From Methanobacteriota archaeon (GTDB lineage Archaea; Thermoplasmatota; Poseidoniia; MGIII; CG-Epi1), in the NCBI GenBank assembly GCA_029977605.1, contig JAPOKN010000001.1, positions 28,064 to 92,063 of the forward strand: a stretch of DNA of 64,000 bases. Direction: 5' to 3'. Positions 18,270 to 28,590 of this stretch are shown piece after piece. The position numbers and the translations under genes were made by a program. Under the pieces are notes generated by a model. It was not told the DNA's origin and made no database searches. It saw nothing but the letters and a program-made list of their open reading frames with translations. Every line of letters begins with the position of its first letter. The stretch's first letter is position 1.

Positions 18270-20033
18270 TTAACTAGAATAGTAGTATTCTTTCTTACTT
18301 TTCTGTTCTCTGTCCAATCTTGAACCTGGTTTGTTGACTCGTGGCCTATGTGTATTTTTATCTCGTCTGAAGGTTACATCTACTCTTTCTAAGAAAATAT
18401 TCATTCCCTCGCGCATTTTGTAGGGCCCTTCGACAATTCCCTTTGACCCGGGCTCTCCACCAAAACATAAGATTCCATCTGAAATATAATCAATAAAATA
18501 AATGTCGTGATCTACAATTAGAGCCGATTTGCCTCTGTTCTCCATGAATCTTCTTATTGTTTTGGCAGTTACCATTCTTTGATTTGCATCGAGATATGCA
18601 GAAGGTTCGTCCAATAAATATAAATCAGCTTCTTTGAGTAAGCATTCAGCAACAGCAACTCTTTGTAACTCTCCGCCTGAAAGAGTTTGCATTTCTCTTT
18701 CCAGTAAAGGTTCTAAATTGAGAGGTCGATTTAATTCGGTACTAAATGTGTGTTCATCATATCCTTCAACGGATTTTAGTAAGTCTTCAACGATTACTCC
18801 TTCTTGAATATCAATGTACTGAGGCTTGTATGAAACAGCAATCTCATTTTCGATTTTACCTTTGTCAGGTTCTAATTCTCCAGCCAGCATTTTGACAAAT
18901 GTAGTTTTACCAGTGGCATTAGCTCCTACCACACCTAAAACCTGACCGCTTAGAAGTTCACCGGCCTTTGATTCAAGATTAAAACTACCTAATTTCTTCG
19001 ACAGTTTAGGCCATTCAACTAGCCCCATTCCATCCCATCCGGTTCTTGGTGGATGTTCCAAAAATTTTATTGGTTTGTCTCTAATTCTGACGTTCTGCTC
19101 AGGTAAATATCCTTCAATATATGCATTAATAGCTTTACGGGTTGTTCTAGCTGGAGTAAATATTCCAAAAGCTCCCTTCTTTCCATAAACAATATGAGTT
19201 AAATCTGCAATTACATCTAATACAGCTAAGTCATGTTCAATAACAATCACCCTTGCCGATTCAGAAAGTTCTTGGATAATTCTTACAATCCTCATCCTTT
19301 CATAAATGTCAAGGTAAGATGATGGTTCGTCAAAGAAGTAAACATCAGCTTGCTTTAGCAATGTTGCACAAATTGCGACACGTTGTAATTCGCCTCCAGA
19401 TAGTTGGTCTAAATTTCTTTCTAAGAGGTGACCTAATCCAAATTTTTCTATCATTTCATCATATAATCCCCTTTCGTTTACTGAGGATAGAAGTTTCCCT
19501 ACATTCCCTTTGAAAGCTTTGGGAATGTGATCAACGTACTGAGGCTTTAACGCTACTTTAACAGTAGACTCATTTAAGTCAGCTAGAAAATCTCTCAATT
19601 CACCTCGTGGTAATGTTTCAATTACATCCTCCCAAACACACTCATTTGATTCGAATTCACCGAGATTTGGAATTATGCTTCCATTTAAGATATTGAATGC
19701 AGTAGATTTCCCCATCCCATTTGGCCCTAATATTCCTATTATAGAATCCTTAGATGGAGTAGGTAATCTAAACAGTCTAAAACCATTGAGCGAATACCTG
19801 TGAATCATATCAGTTTCTAACTCTTCAGGGAGATTGATTACTTTGACAGCATCACCAGGACAATTTTTAGCCCTCATCAAGCAAGGCGGACATGCGTCTT
19901 CTAAAATTTTACATTTATCATTCTCATCGACTTGTATACATTCAGCGCCACAAGACCCTGCATATTTTTGCAAATATTCAAAGGCGGGGCTATTTGGTTT
20001 GCATCTATCTTCAAATAAAACGGCAATTCTCAT
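18270..20033 (-). CDS. rli: ribosome recycling ATPase ABCE1/RLI
   Basis: MRIAV start, two NBDs (GPNGMGKST, GANATGKTT), LSGGELQR twice, TFRRD..RPRVNKPGS. Confidence 0.96.
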   Translation of the reverse strand: MRIAVLFEDRCKPNSPAFEYLQKYAGSCGAECIQVDENDKCKILEDACPPCLMRAKNCPGDAVKVINLPEELETDMIHRYSLNGFRLFRLPTPSKDSIIGILGPNGMGKSTAFNILNGSIIPNLGEFESNECVWEDVIETLPRGELRDFLADLNESTVKVALKPQYVDHIPKAFKGNVGKLLSSVNERGLYDEMIEKFGLGHLLERNLDQLSGGELQRVAICATLLKQADVYFFDEPSSYLDIYERMRIVRIIQELSESARVIVIEHDLAVLDVIADLTHIVYGKKGAFGIFTPARTTRKAINAYIEGYLPEQNVRIRDKPIKFLEHPPRTGWDGMGLVEWPKLSKKLGSFNLESKAGELLSGQVLGVVGANATGKTTFVKMLAGELEPDKGKIENEIAVSYKPQYIDIQEGVIVEDLLKSVEGYDEHTFSTELNRPLNLEPLLEREMQTLSGGELQRVAVAECLLKEADLYLLDEPSAYLDANQRMVTAKTIRRFMENRGKSALIVDHDIYFIDYISDGILCFGGEPGSKGIVEGPYKMREGMNIFLERVDVTFRRDKNTHRPRVNKPGSRLDREQKSKKEYYYSS

Positions 20034-20144
20034 TTTTTGATATTTTTGAAAGACTTAGTCTTGTCGTATTTCCTTTTCATAGTACGAGTAATTAAAATCA
20101 TATGGTCATCCAAAGATACTTTTGTCCCCCTTTAATGGGATGTT

Positions 20145-20582
20145 GTGCGAATTAAATTTACATTACCGGGAAAGCCAGTTGCTCAAGGCAGACCCCGTTT
20201 TTATCGTAAGGGAAAATTTGTAGTTGCTACAGATCCTAAACCAAGTAAAGTTTACAAAGCAGATATTGCATATATCGCCCAGAGAGCTAGAGAGGAAGCA
20301 GGAATTGAAGGTCTTTTTGAAGGTCCATTAGGCATGGAAATTTTCGCTTACTTTCCATGTCCTAAAAGTAAATGGAGAGTAAAAATTCCTAGAATCGAAG
20401 AACATCATGCAAAAAGGCCTGATGCCGATAATTTAGCTAAATCAGTAAAAGATGGTCTGAGTGGAGTTTTGTATCATGACGACGGTCAAATATCGGAATT
20501 AGTAGTTAGAAAGAGAATTGCAGCTCAAGGAGATGGTCCTAGAATTGAAGTCGAGCTATACAAATTGGAGCCTTTAGAATGA
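20145..20582 (+). CDS. rusA: RusA-family Holliday junction resolvase
   Basis: PGKPVAQGRPRF, KRPDADNLAKSVKDGL, YHDDGQI. Confidence 0.88.
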   Translation: MRIKFTLPGKPVAQGRPRFYRKGKFVVATDPKPSKVYKADIAYIAQRAREEAGIEGLFEGPLGMEIFAYFPCPKSKWRVKIPRIEEHHAKRPDADNLAKSVKDGLSGVLYHDDGQISELVVRKRIAAQGDGPRIEVELYKLEPLE

Positions 20583-21400
20583 GTTCAATCATAGATGGTA
20601 AAGAAATAGCCAAAGAAATCGAAACTGAATTAACCGCTAAAGTAGCAGCAATGGAGAGTGCTCCTAGACTTTCAGTGGTTCAGATAGGAGATGACCCGGC
20701 CTCCGCATCTTACATTAAAGCAAAAGCTAATGCGGCATCTAGAGTTGGTATTTACCTTACACATCATCATTTATCGGTAGATACTTCAGTAAAAGAATTA
20801 GAAAATCTCGTCGATGAATTAAATAAAAGCGAAGATGGTCTCATAATTCAATTACCCATTCCTAAGGCTTTGGAATCTGTTCTGGAAAGAATTAAACCCG
20901 AAAATGATGTCGATGGCTTTCATTCCGAAAATTTAGGAAAATTAGTTCAGGGGATTTCAGGAATGGTTCCTTGCACTCCGGCAGGTATTATTGAGCTGTT
21001 ATATCGCTCTGGAAATAATCCTGAGGGTAAACATGTTGTCGTTGTTGGCCGTAGCACAATAGTTGGTACTCCACTTTCTCTTCTATTATCTCAGAAAGGA
21101 GTAGATGCAACTGTTACACTGTGCCACAGTAGAACTAAATCTTTGCAAGAACATTGTAAACAAGCAGATATTTTGGTAGCTGCAGTTGGAAAAGCTAATA
21201 TGATTACTAAGGACATGGTAAAGCCTGGCGCAGTAATTATTGACGTAGGAGTTAACAGAACATCAGAAGGGTTGGTTGGAGACGTATCGCATGATGTTAG
21301 AGATGTTGCAAGTCAGATTACGCCAGTTCCAGGAGGGGTAGGGCCAATGACTGTTGTAATGTTAATGTCTAATACTGTAAAATCAGCTTTAGAAAACTAA
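20579..21400 (+). CDS. folD: methylenetetrahydrofolate dehydrogenase/cyclohydrolase
   Basis: IDGK, DVDGFH, PCTPAGI, GRSTIVG, ITPVPGGVGPMT. Confidence 0.96.
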   Translation: MSSIIDGKEIAKEIETELTAKVAAMESAPRLSVVQIGDDPASASYIKAKANAASRVGIYLTHHHLSVDTSVKELENLVDELNKSEDGLIIQLPIPKALESVLERIKPENDVDGFHSENLGKLVQGISGMVPCTPAGIIELLYRSGNNPEGKHVVVVGRSTIVGTPLSLLLSQKGVDATVTLCHSRTKSLQEHCKQADILVAAVGKANMITKDMVKPGAVIIDVGVNRTSEGLVGDVSHDVRDVASQITPVPGGVGPMTVVMLMSNTVKSALEN

Positions 21401-22735
21401 GTTTTTGAAAAGTACCCACGGACTAGTCAACTGGCGTTGGGCTTCTTTTGATGTTAAGCTCTCGGATAATATCTTTTGGAGTTCAGGCTTCCTTTGTGCC
21501 TTACCGATAAACCAATTTATCAACCATTTTCTTCTAGTATAATTTTGAATTTTAAAAGAATTTGTCAACTCTTTACCTAGTATTTCCCAAATCTCCTTCT
21601 GGTAATTTTCTCCGCAATCCAAGTTAAAGTTATTTCTATTTTCTTTGAAATGCTTTACAGCAATCTTTGCAGACAGCAGGGCATTACCTATGCCTTCTCC
21701 AGTAAAAGGATCTACTAAACTTCCGGAATCTCCTACTAGAAGGCAACCATTACCAAACATTCTTCTTAGTTTCATTTTATCTTTTCTAGGTGAACCCAAC
21801 GGCAATTGCCATGCTTTTCCACTATCTTTTATCAATTCAGCATTTTTAAATCTAGATACAAACTTTTCTTCTATTATATATTTTTGAAGTTCCTTTAGTT
21901 TCATTTCTTTATTCTTAAAATCTTTAAGCGTAATTCCTAAGCCTACATTGCACGCATTATCGCCAACTGGAAAAATCCAAAAATATCCCGGAATGACTCC
22001 ATCTACATAGTGGAATTCTATAGATCCTTTTTGATAATCTACACCATTTACTCCTTTCCAGTACTCCCTATATGAAGTACTCCAATGTTCTTTTTTGATA
22101 AATTCTTCACCATTTATTTCAGACACGATTGTTTTAGCAACAGGGCAGTTTACTCCACCAGCACCTATAGTTATTGGGGCATAGAATTCTTTCTCGCCAA
22201 ATCCATTCTTACCTTTTACTCCAATTATTCTATTATTATTTTCACTATCAATTATTAAATTATTAACTCTGAACTTTTGAATTACAAAGCCTCCCTTATT
22301 TTCCACTCGATTCTTTGCCTCATTAAATAAAATCCAATCAAAATTTATCCTTGGATAAACATATCCTGTAGCTTCAGAATCTTTAATTTCAACTTTTACT
22401 TTTTCTTCTTTTGTGTTACTAAATGTTACACTATCAAATATGAAATGTGGACTTTTTTCAAGACTTTTTAACACATTCAATTCTTCTAAATGCTTTAGAG
22501 CTTTTCCACCAACTGCATCTCCACAAACTTTGTCTCTGGGAAATTCTTCTTTTTCTAATAGTAAAACCTTGAATCCTTCATTAGCAGCATAACAGGCGGC
22601 TGCAGATCCTGCAGGCCCGCCACCCACAATAATAACATCGAAATTTACCTCATCAATTGGAATCTTTTTTGTCTTTATATTTTTTTCCCAAAAAACATCA
22701 GTTTTATTCAGCACAATTTTAGAACTTATTGCCAT
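21389..22735 (-). CDS. geranylgeranyl reductase family FAD oxidoreductase
   Basis: VGGGPAGS, FPRDKVCGDA, GYFWIFP, LVGDSGSLVDPFTGEGI. Confidence 0.85.
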   Translation of the reverse strand: MAISSKIVLNKTDVFWEKNIKTKKIPIDEVNFDVIIVGGGPAGSAAACYAANEGFKVLLLEKEEFPRDKVCGDAVGGKALKHLEELNVLKSLEKSPHFIFDSVTFSNTKEEKVKVEIKDSEATGYVYPRINFDWILFNEAKNRVENKGGFVIQKFRVNNLIIDSENNNRIIGVKGKNGFGEKEFYAPITIGAGGVNCPVAKTIVSEINGEEFIKKEHWSTSYREYWKGVNGVDYQKGSIEFHYVDGVIPGYFWIFPVGDNACNVGLGITLKDFKNKEMKLKELQKYIIEEKFVSRFKNAELIKDSGKAWQLPLGSPRKDKMKLRRMFGNGCLLVGDSGSLVDPFTGEGIGNALLSAKIAVKHFKENRNNFNLDCGENYQKEIWEILGKELTNSFKIQNYTRRKWLINWFIGKAQRKPELQKILSESLTSKEAQRQLTSPWVLFKNLVF

Positions 22736-22765
22736 TAATAAACGTTTTCAGTATAGCAATACAAA

Positions 22766-22773
22766 TTTTAAGA
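22766..22773 (+). promoter_or_regulatory. TATA-like box (TTTTAAGA) 28 nt before ATG 22794
   Basis: Same spacing recurs at several operon-first genes. Confidence 0.55.
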
Positions 22774-22793
22774 CCTCTGCTAATCTCATATTA

Positions 22794-23909
22794 ATGGCAG
22801 TAGCTTCTAAGGCTAATAATTCTAAAAAACATAGAATTATTGGCGCAGGTCTTTCTGGACTTTCTGCAGCAATTAATTTCGCTAAGAATGATGAGAAAGT
22901 CGTGATTCATGAATCAAGAGAAGATGTGGGTATGCAATTTCACCCCAATTATCAAGTTTTACTAAAGGAAAGTCCAGACACACCTTCTTCTGAAGCTGGA
23001 GCTAAACAATATCTGAACAGATGGGGGTTAAATCCTAAATTTACTTTCAAAGATGCAAAAAAATTTATCTGCTCTACAGAAAAAAGAGATTTTACGATTT
23101 CATTGAAAGAGCCATTACCTTTGATTCTACGAGGTGGTGAGAATTCACTAGAGAGAGGGCTCGCTAATGAGGCTAAAGATTTAGGTGTTGAATTTAAGTT
23201 TAAATCAAGGCCCAAGCCAAAAGCAGGAGATATTCTTTCGACAGGTCCAAAGCGTACAGATATGGTTGCTTTTGGGGCATACTATGAAAATTCAGATTTT
23301 CCTCGAGATCAGTTTTTGTACATGCATGATGAAAAATATTCTCCAAGAGGATGGTATCTGTACGTGATTCCCATGGATGATGATACTATTAAGATTATGA
23401 ATTGTTGTTCAAAGCCGTATGCAAAACAAGTCAGGAAATTATTGTATAAGGCAGTTGAAGAGCGAGATATTCTGAAGAATATTGTTGACGGTGCAAAACC
23501 CACAGGTACAGTGGGAGGCCAAGGAGGTGTCGATTTCCCTAAGACTGCAATTAAGGACGGAGTTTATCACACTGGTGAAGCTGCAGGTTTTCAAGATCCT
23601 TGGAGAGGATTTGGAATGAATTATGCGATTGAATCTGGAGCTCTTGCTCAGAGAGCTATATCAGAATCTTTAGATTACGATAAATTATGGAAAAAACAGT
23701 TTCATCAAAGGAAGAAAGCAGATATCGCCCGCAGAGGAATATTCGCACTTCTCGGCAATCGGGCATTCGAATATGGTATGAGGAAAGTTAAGGATGGAGA
23801 CGAAGTTGATTGGGAAGAGATTAATCCTAGCGGTTGGAAAAAATCCTTAATCTACAACACTTTTTATTCAATGGAAATGGCTAAGAAAACAATGTGGGAT
23901 TCCTGGTAA
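22794..23909 (+). CDS. FAD-dependent oxidoreductase, GGR-related
   Basis: IIGAGLSGLSAA, YLYVIP, GEAAGFQDP.RGFGM. Confidence 0.75.
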   Translation: MAVASKANNSKKHRIIGAGLSGLSAAINFAKNDEKVVIHESREDVGMQFHPNYQVLLKESPDTPSSEAGAKQYLNRWGLNPKFTFKDAKKFICSTEKRDFTISLKEPLPLILRGGENSLERGLANEAKDLGVEFKFKSRPKPKAGDILSTGPKRTDMVAFGAYYENSDFPRDQFLYMHDEKYSPRGWYLYVIPMDDDTIKIMNCCSKPYAKQVRKLLYKAVEERDILKNIVDGAKPTGTVGGQGGVDFPKTAIKDGVYHTGEAAGFQDPWRGFGMNYAIESGALAQRAISESLDYDKLWKKQFHQRKKADIARRGIFALLGNRAFEYGMRKVKDGDEVDWEEINPSGWKKSLIYNTFYSMEMAKKTMWDSW

Positions 23910-24112
23910 TGGATCTCACAGGTTTAGTATCTTATATTATTTCAGCTTTTTCAATTTTAGCAGGAGTTGCTATATTCTTTGGTGAAGAAGAATACATTGT
24001 TCCGGCTTCAGGTCGCTCGCTCAGATTACCCTGTTCTTTTCTTTTTTGGTTTCTTGCCTTAATTTTCTGGGCCATGGCTGTTGAAGTTGAGGATGACGAT
24101 AGTATCATATAA
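23909..24112 (+). CDS. small two-TM hypothetical protein
   Basis: ATG overlaps upstream stop; two hydrophobic segments. Confidence 0.5.
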   Translation: MDLTGLVSYIISAFSILAGVAIFFGEEEYIVPASGRSLRLPCSFLFWFLALIFWAMAVEVEDDDSII

Positions 24113-24132
24113 TCAATTCTTTAGTCTAAAAC

Positions 24133-26385
24133 ATGTCGGATTTTGATGTGATTAGTAATTATTATTCCCAAATGCCTGAGAAGATAGAGCAGGCTAGAAA
24201 TATCCTAAAACGTTCATTGACTTTAACAGAAAAGATTCTTTTTAGTCATTTGGTTAAAATTGAAAATGTGCCAAAAAGAACTAAATCATATGTTGAATTA
24301 CAACCTGATAGAGTTGCAATGCAGGATGCAACAGCACAAATGGCACTATTGCAATTTGCATTAGCAGGGCGTAATGAAGTTGCAGTTCCTTCTACAGTTC
24401 ACTGTGATCATTTAATTAAAGCTAGGTCCGGAAGGGATGCTGATTTAGCGCATGCGAATGAAGTGAGTTCGGAAGTTTTCAATTTTTTAAAATCAGCTTC
24501 AGCCAAGTATGGGTTAGGTTTTTGGGAACCTGGAGCTGGAATTATACATCAAGTTGTTCTTGAAAATTATGCATTCCCGGGTGGAATGATGATTGGTACA
24601 GATTCTCACACACCTAATGCAGGAGGATTGGGTATGGTTGCAATTGGTGTAGGGGGAGCTGATGCCATGGAAGTAATGGCAGGTTTACCTTTTACAATTC
24701 GCTGGCCAGGAATTATTGGAGTTCATTTAACAGGAGAGTTATCTGGTTGGGCTTCTGCTAAGGATGTAATATTAAAAGTATGTGAAGAGTTAACCGTCAA
24801 GGGCGGAACGGGACATATAGTAGAATACTTCGGCCCTGGCACATCATCAATTTCATCAACAGGCAAGGGGACCATCTGCAATATGGGTGCTGAAGTTGGA
24901 GCTACAACATCTCTTTTTCCATATGATGATTCTATGGATAAATATCTGAAGGCAACTAATCGTTCCGAGATAGCAGGTTTGGCTAAAGACTATTCTGAAT
25001 ATTTAGTCCCAGATTCAGATGTTGAACAAAATCCTGAAAAATATTATGATAAAATAATTGAAATTAATTTATCTGAGCTTGTTCCGGCGATTGTTGGGCC
25101 ACATAGTCCTGATTTAGCAAGACCTGTATCTGATCTGGGCGATGAGGCACGCGAAAAAGGATGGCCTACTGACATTCAAGCAGCATTGATTGGTTCATGT
25201 ACAAATTCATCATATGAAGATATGGAAAGGGCTTCATCAATTGCACTTCAAGCTAAGAATGCAGGACTTAAGTCCAAAGTTCAATTTATGGTAACTCCTG
25301 GTTCAGATACAATAGACAAAACTATCAGGCGAGACGGCCAAATGCAAATATTTGATGATATTGGAGGTACAGTGTTAGCTAATGCCTGTGGACCTTGCAT
25401 AGGTCAATGGCAACGTGATGATATTCAAAGTGGGGAAGTGAACTCTATAGTATCTTCTTATAATCGTAATTTTAGCGGAAGAAATGATGGCAATCATCAG
25501 ACATTGTCTTTCCTTACAAGTCCTGAGATAGTTACGGCAATGGCAATTGCAGGGACTCTTGATTTTAATCCAATAAAAGATAAATTAGTTACAGCAGACG
25601 GAGAGGAATTTTCCTTTAAGCCACCTGCAGGCGATCAATTACCGGAAAATGGTTTTGAATTTAATTTAGCAGGCTTTACACCTCCTTCTGACGGTTTAAA
25701 ATCTGTTGATTTGGCAGTATCTTCAGAAAGCAGAAGGTTAAAGTTGTTAGAACCTTTCGTTGCAACAACAAAAAACGATTTAGAAAACTTGCCAATTTTA
25801 GTAAAAGTTAAAGGTAAATGTACAACAGACCATATTTCTCCAGCAGGTATTTGGTTACAATTTAGAGGGCATTTAGACAATATTTCAGATAATTGTTACA
25901 TTGGAGCTCATAATTCATTCACGGAAGAGCAAGGTACAGCAATCAACCAACTAGATGGAACTAAAGGTAAATTGCCTAAGGTGGCCCGCAGTTATCATGA
26001 GAACAGACAAGGCTGGGCAGTTATTGCAGATGTTAATTATGGAGAGGGAAGCAGTAGAGAACATGCTGCAATGTCTCCAAGATTTTTAGGTTGTAAGGTT
26101 GTAATTGCAAGAAGCATGGCTCGGATTGCAGAAACTAATCTGAAGAAACAAGGGGTTTTACCACTTATTTTTGCAGATGAATCCTCATGGGATTTGTTGC
26201 GAGTAGATGATAGATTGACAATCAAAGGGACTGATGAATTAGGACCTAATTCCCAAGTTACTGTAGAAGTAAAACACAGTGATGAAACAATGGAAACTTT
26301 TGTTTGCAATCACAGTATGGATGAGCTTCAAGTTGAGTGGTTTAAGGCAGGTTCAGCCTTAAATTATTTGAGATTACAGAATTAA
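24133..26385 (+). CDS. acn: aconitate hydratase (about 750 aa, mitochondrial/Bacteroidota-like type)
   Basis: PDRVAMQDATAQMA, HCDHLI, GTDSHT, IGSCTNSSYED, ANACGPCIGQW, KCTTDHIS, GSSREHAA. Confidence 0.95.
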   Translation: MSDFDVISNYYSQMPEKIEQARNILKRSLTLTEKILFSHLVKIENVPKRTKSYVELQPDRVAMQDATAQMALLQFALAGRNEVAVPSTVHCDHLIKARSGRDADLAHANEVSSEVFNFLKSASAKYGLGFWEPGAGIIHQVVLENYAFPGGMMIGTDSHTPNAGGLGMVAIGVGGADAMEVMAGLPFTIRWPGIIGVHLTGELSGWASAKDVILKVCEELTVKGGTGHIVEYFGPGTSSISSTGKGTICNMGAEVGATTSLFPYDDSMDKYLKATNRSEIAGLAKDYSEYLVPDSDVEQNPEKYYDKIIEINLSELVPAIVGPHSPDLARPVSDLGDEAREKGWPTDIQAALIGSCTNSSYEDMERASSIALQAKNAGLKSKVQFMVTPGSDTIDKTIRRDGQMQIFDDIGGTVLANACGPCIGQWQRDDIQSGEVNSIVSSYNRNFSGRNDGNHQTLSFLTSPEIVTAMAIAGTLDFNPIKDKLVTADGEEFSFKPPAGDQLPENGFEFNLAGFTPPSDGLKSVDLAVSSESRRLKLLEPFVATTKNDLENLPILVKVKGKCTTDHISPAGIWLQFRGHLDNISDNCYIGAHNSFTEEQGTAINQLDGTKGKLPKVARSYHENRQGWAVIADVNYGEGSSREHAAMSPRFLGCKVVIARSMARIAETNLKKQGVLPLIFADESSWDLLRVDDRLTIKGTDELGPNSQVTVEVKHSDETMETFVCNHSMDELQVEWFKAGSALNYLRLQN

Positions 26386-27350
26386 GATACGATTGAAGAG
26401 TGAGTAACTCCTTTTCCAGATTTAACGGAACCAATAATTTGAGAATGTTCTCCAAGGATTGATACAGATTTTTTAGCATCATCCTTGTTAACAATAATTA
26501 CCATACCCATACCCATATTGAATGTTCGATACATTTCCTTTGTTTCAATACTTCCTTTTTCTTGTAACCAGTCAAATATAGAAGGAATTGGTAAAGGATT
26601 ATCAATAAAATACTGGAAATTATTATTAATTCTACTAATGTTGTCTAACCCGCCACCAGTGATGTGAGCAATTCCGTGGACATCTACTTGCTTAATCAAA
26701 GCCATTACTTCTTTCACGTAAATTCTTGTTGGTTCAACAAGTTTCTTTCCAAGTTCCTTATCTCCATCAAATAACTTTCGAATCAAAGTATACCCGTTTG
26801 AGTGTGGTCCACTTGATTTCAGACCAATCAAAACATCTCCCTCTGATATTTTCGTACCGTCAATAATCTTGTCTTGTTTAACATAACCAACAGAAGTTCC
26901 AGCAATATCAAAACCATGAACTAATTCAGGTAATATTGCAGTCTCTCCTCCAGATAAAGTACAGTTAGATTGTTTACATCCTTCGGCTAACCCCATCCCA
27001 ATTTTAGCCATTAAATCTTCATCCGGTTTGTCTAATGCTACGTAATCAACGAAACTTAACGGTTCGGCACCAACACAAATTAGATCATTTGTATTCATAG
27101 CAACGCAGTCTATTCCGACAGTATGGATTGAGTCCATTTCTTCAGCCAGCAATAATTTACTACCCACTCCATCAGTACACATTGCCAATGCACCATCTCC
27201 TAGTTTAACTAATCCCGCAAATCCATTATCCAGTTTTATTGCTTCACCATCGCCCTTTCTGTTAACTCCTTTAATTTGAGCAATAAGAGCTTCAGTAGCT
27301 TTTTCACTTGCATCAATATCTACGCCAGCTTCAGAGTATGTGCTTACCAT
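26382..27350 (-). CDS. purM: phosphoribosylaminoimidazole synthetase
   Basis: YSEAGVDI, TDGVGSK, GGETA, SSGPHSNGY, AHITGGG, TFNMGMG. Confidence 0.96.
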   Translation of the reverse strand: MVSTYSEAGVDIDASEKATEALIAQIKGVNRKGDGEAIKLDNGFAGLVKLGDGALAMCTDGVGSKLLLAEEMDSIHTVGIDCVAMNTNDLICVGAEPLSFVDYVALDKPDEDLMAKIGMGLAEGCKQSNCTLSGGETAILPELVHGFDIAGTSVGYVKQDKIIDGTKISEGDVLIGLKSSGPHSNGYTLIRKLFDGDKELGKKLVEPTRIYVKEVMALIKQVDVHGIAHITGGGLDNISRINNNFQYFIDNPLPIPSIFDWLQEKGSIETKEMYRTFNMGMGMVIIVNKDDAKKSVSILGEHSQIIGSVKSGKGVTHSSIVS

Positions 27351-27355
27351 ATAGT

Positions 27356-28588
27356 TTACATCTTAGCGTAATAATTTTGTACAACTGTACTAACTTGTTC
27401 AATATCATCAATGTTACGTTGAACTAATGATTCGAGAATCTTTTGCCTATTCTGAGCCATTTCATCAAATTGCCTTGGTGCTACACCTGCAGCCTTAGAT
27501 ATTCGCTCACGTAGTTTACTTGGTACTCCAGTCTCTTCTAACTGATTGGATTGTCCATTCCATTTGAATAATGTATTAAGTCTAGGTTTACTACCTTCCA
27601 AACCAGCTAATTCAGAGACTTCAGTAATAGTTCTAATTTGCTTTCCATTAACATTTATTCTACTTTGCATTATAATTAAATGTAAAGCATTCATCATTAT
27701 TGGAGGGACTTCCATAGGTGGGTTAATTAATCTTGATACCGTTTCCTGAGCAGTATTTGCGTGAACAGTACCAAAACATCCATCGTGACCCGTGTTCATC
27801 GCAGTAAAGAGCGTTTTAGCCTCAGGACCTCTTACTTCACCAACAATTATTCTGTCAGGCCTCATACGCAATGTATTCTTTAGTAAAGAATCCATATCAA
27901 CTTCAGGTTCTTCTGGTTTTGTTGAGTTAAATGTCTCGAGTTGAACATGATGTTCATGCTTTAATTGAACTTCAGTAACATCTTCAATTGTAATTAATCT
28001 GTCCTTTGAAGGAATAAATAATCCTAATACATTCAAAGTTGTAGTTTTACCGGAACCTGTACCCCCAGCAACTAAAATATTAGATGGAGCAGAACCCATT
28101 CCATCGGCAAACATCCACAATAGTGAGGCTAACCTTGGAGACATAGTTCCAAATTTCATCAAATTAACAACAGTTAACGGATCATTCATCTGCTTTCTAA
28201 TTGTCATGGTTGGTCCATTCGGAGAAACTGGCGGAATTGTAGCATTTACACGACTTCCATCAGGTAATCTTCCGTCTAATAGCAAATTTCCAGGACCTAC
28301 TTTTCTACCTACGTATTTTCCAACTTTTTGAATAATTGCAGTGGCTTCCTCACTAGTTAATTTTACATTAGTTACACACATACCGTGTTTTCTATGAGCA
28401 ACCATCACAGCTTTGTCTGGATGATTATACATAATTTCTTCAAGATTATCGTCATCTAGCAATGGTTTTAGGGCACCATAGCTCGGAGATTTGACAGCCT
28501 TTGTCACTTGGTAAAGTGGTCGCTCAGCATCAGGTCTTTCGACGATGTTGGCAGTCGGGTATTGTTCTATTATTCGTCCTTGTTGCAT
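27356..28588 (-). CDS. CpaF/TadA/VirB11-family pilus ATPase (second locus)
   Basis: RLPDGSRVNATIPP, GGTGSGKTT, TIED, LRMRPDRIIVGEVRG, AMNTGH; ATG 28588 more likely than 28663. Confidence 0.92.
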   Translation of the reverse strand: MQQGRIIEQYPTANIVERPDAERPLYQVTKAVKSPSYGALKPLLDDDNLEEIMYNHPDKAVMVAHRKHGMCVTNVKLTSEEATAIIQKVGKYVGRKVGPGNLLLDGRLPDGSRVNATIPPVSPNGPTMTIRKQMNDPLTVVNLMKFGTMSPRLASLLWMFADGMGSAPSNILVAGGTGSGKTTTLNVLGLFIPSKDRLITIEDVTEVQLKHEHHVQLETFNSTKPEEPEVDMDSLLKNTLRMRPDRIIVGEVRGPEAKTLFTAMNTGHDGCFGTVHANTAQETVSRLINPPMEVPPIMMNALHLIIMQSRINVNGKQIRTITEVSELAGLEGSKPRLNTLFKWNGQSNQLEETGVPSKLRERISKAAGVAPRQFDEMAQNRQKILESLVQRNIDDIEQVSTVVQNYYAKM

Positions 28589-28590
28589 AT

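Noticed and set aside
20145-20582. Provirus around rusA
   Set aside because: Flanked by ABCE1 and folD; no integrase, capsid, terminase or att repeats seen.
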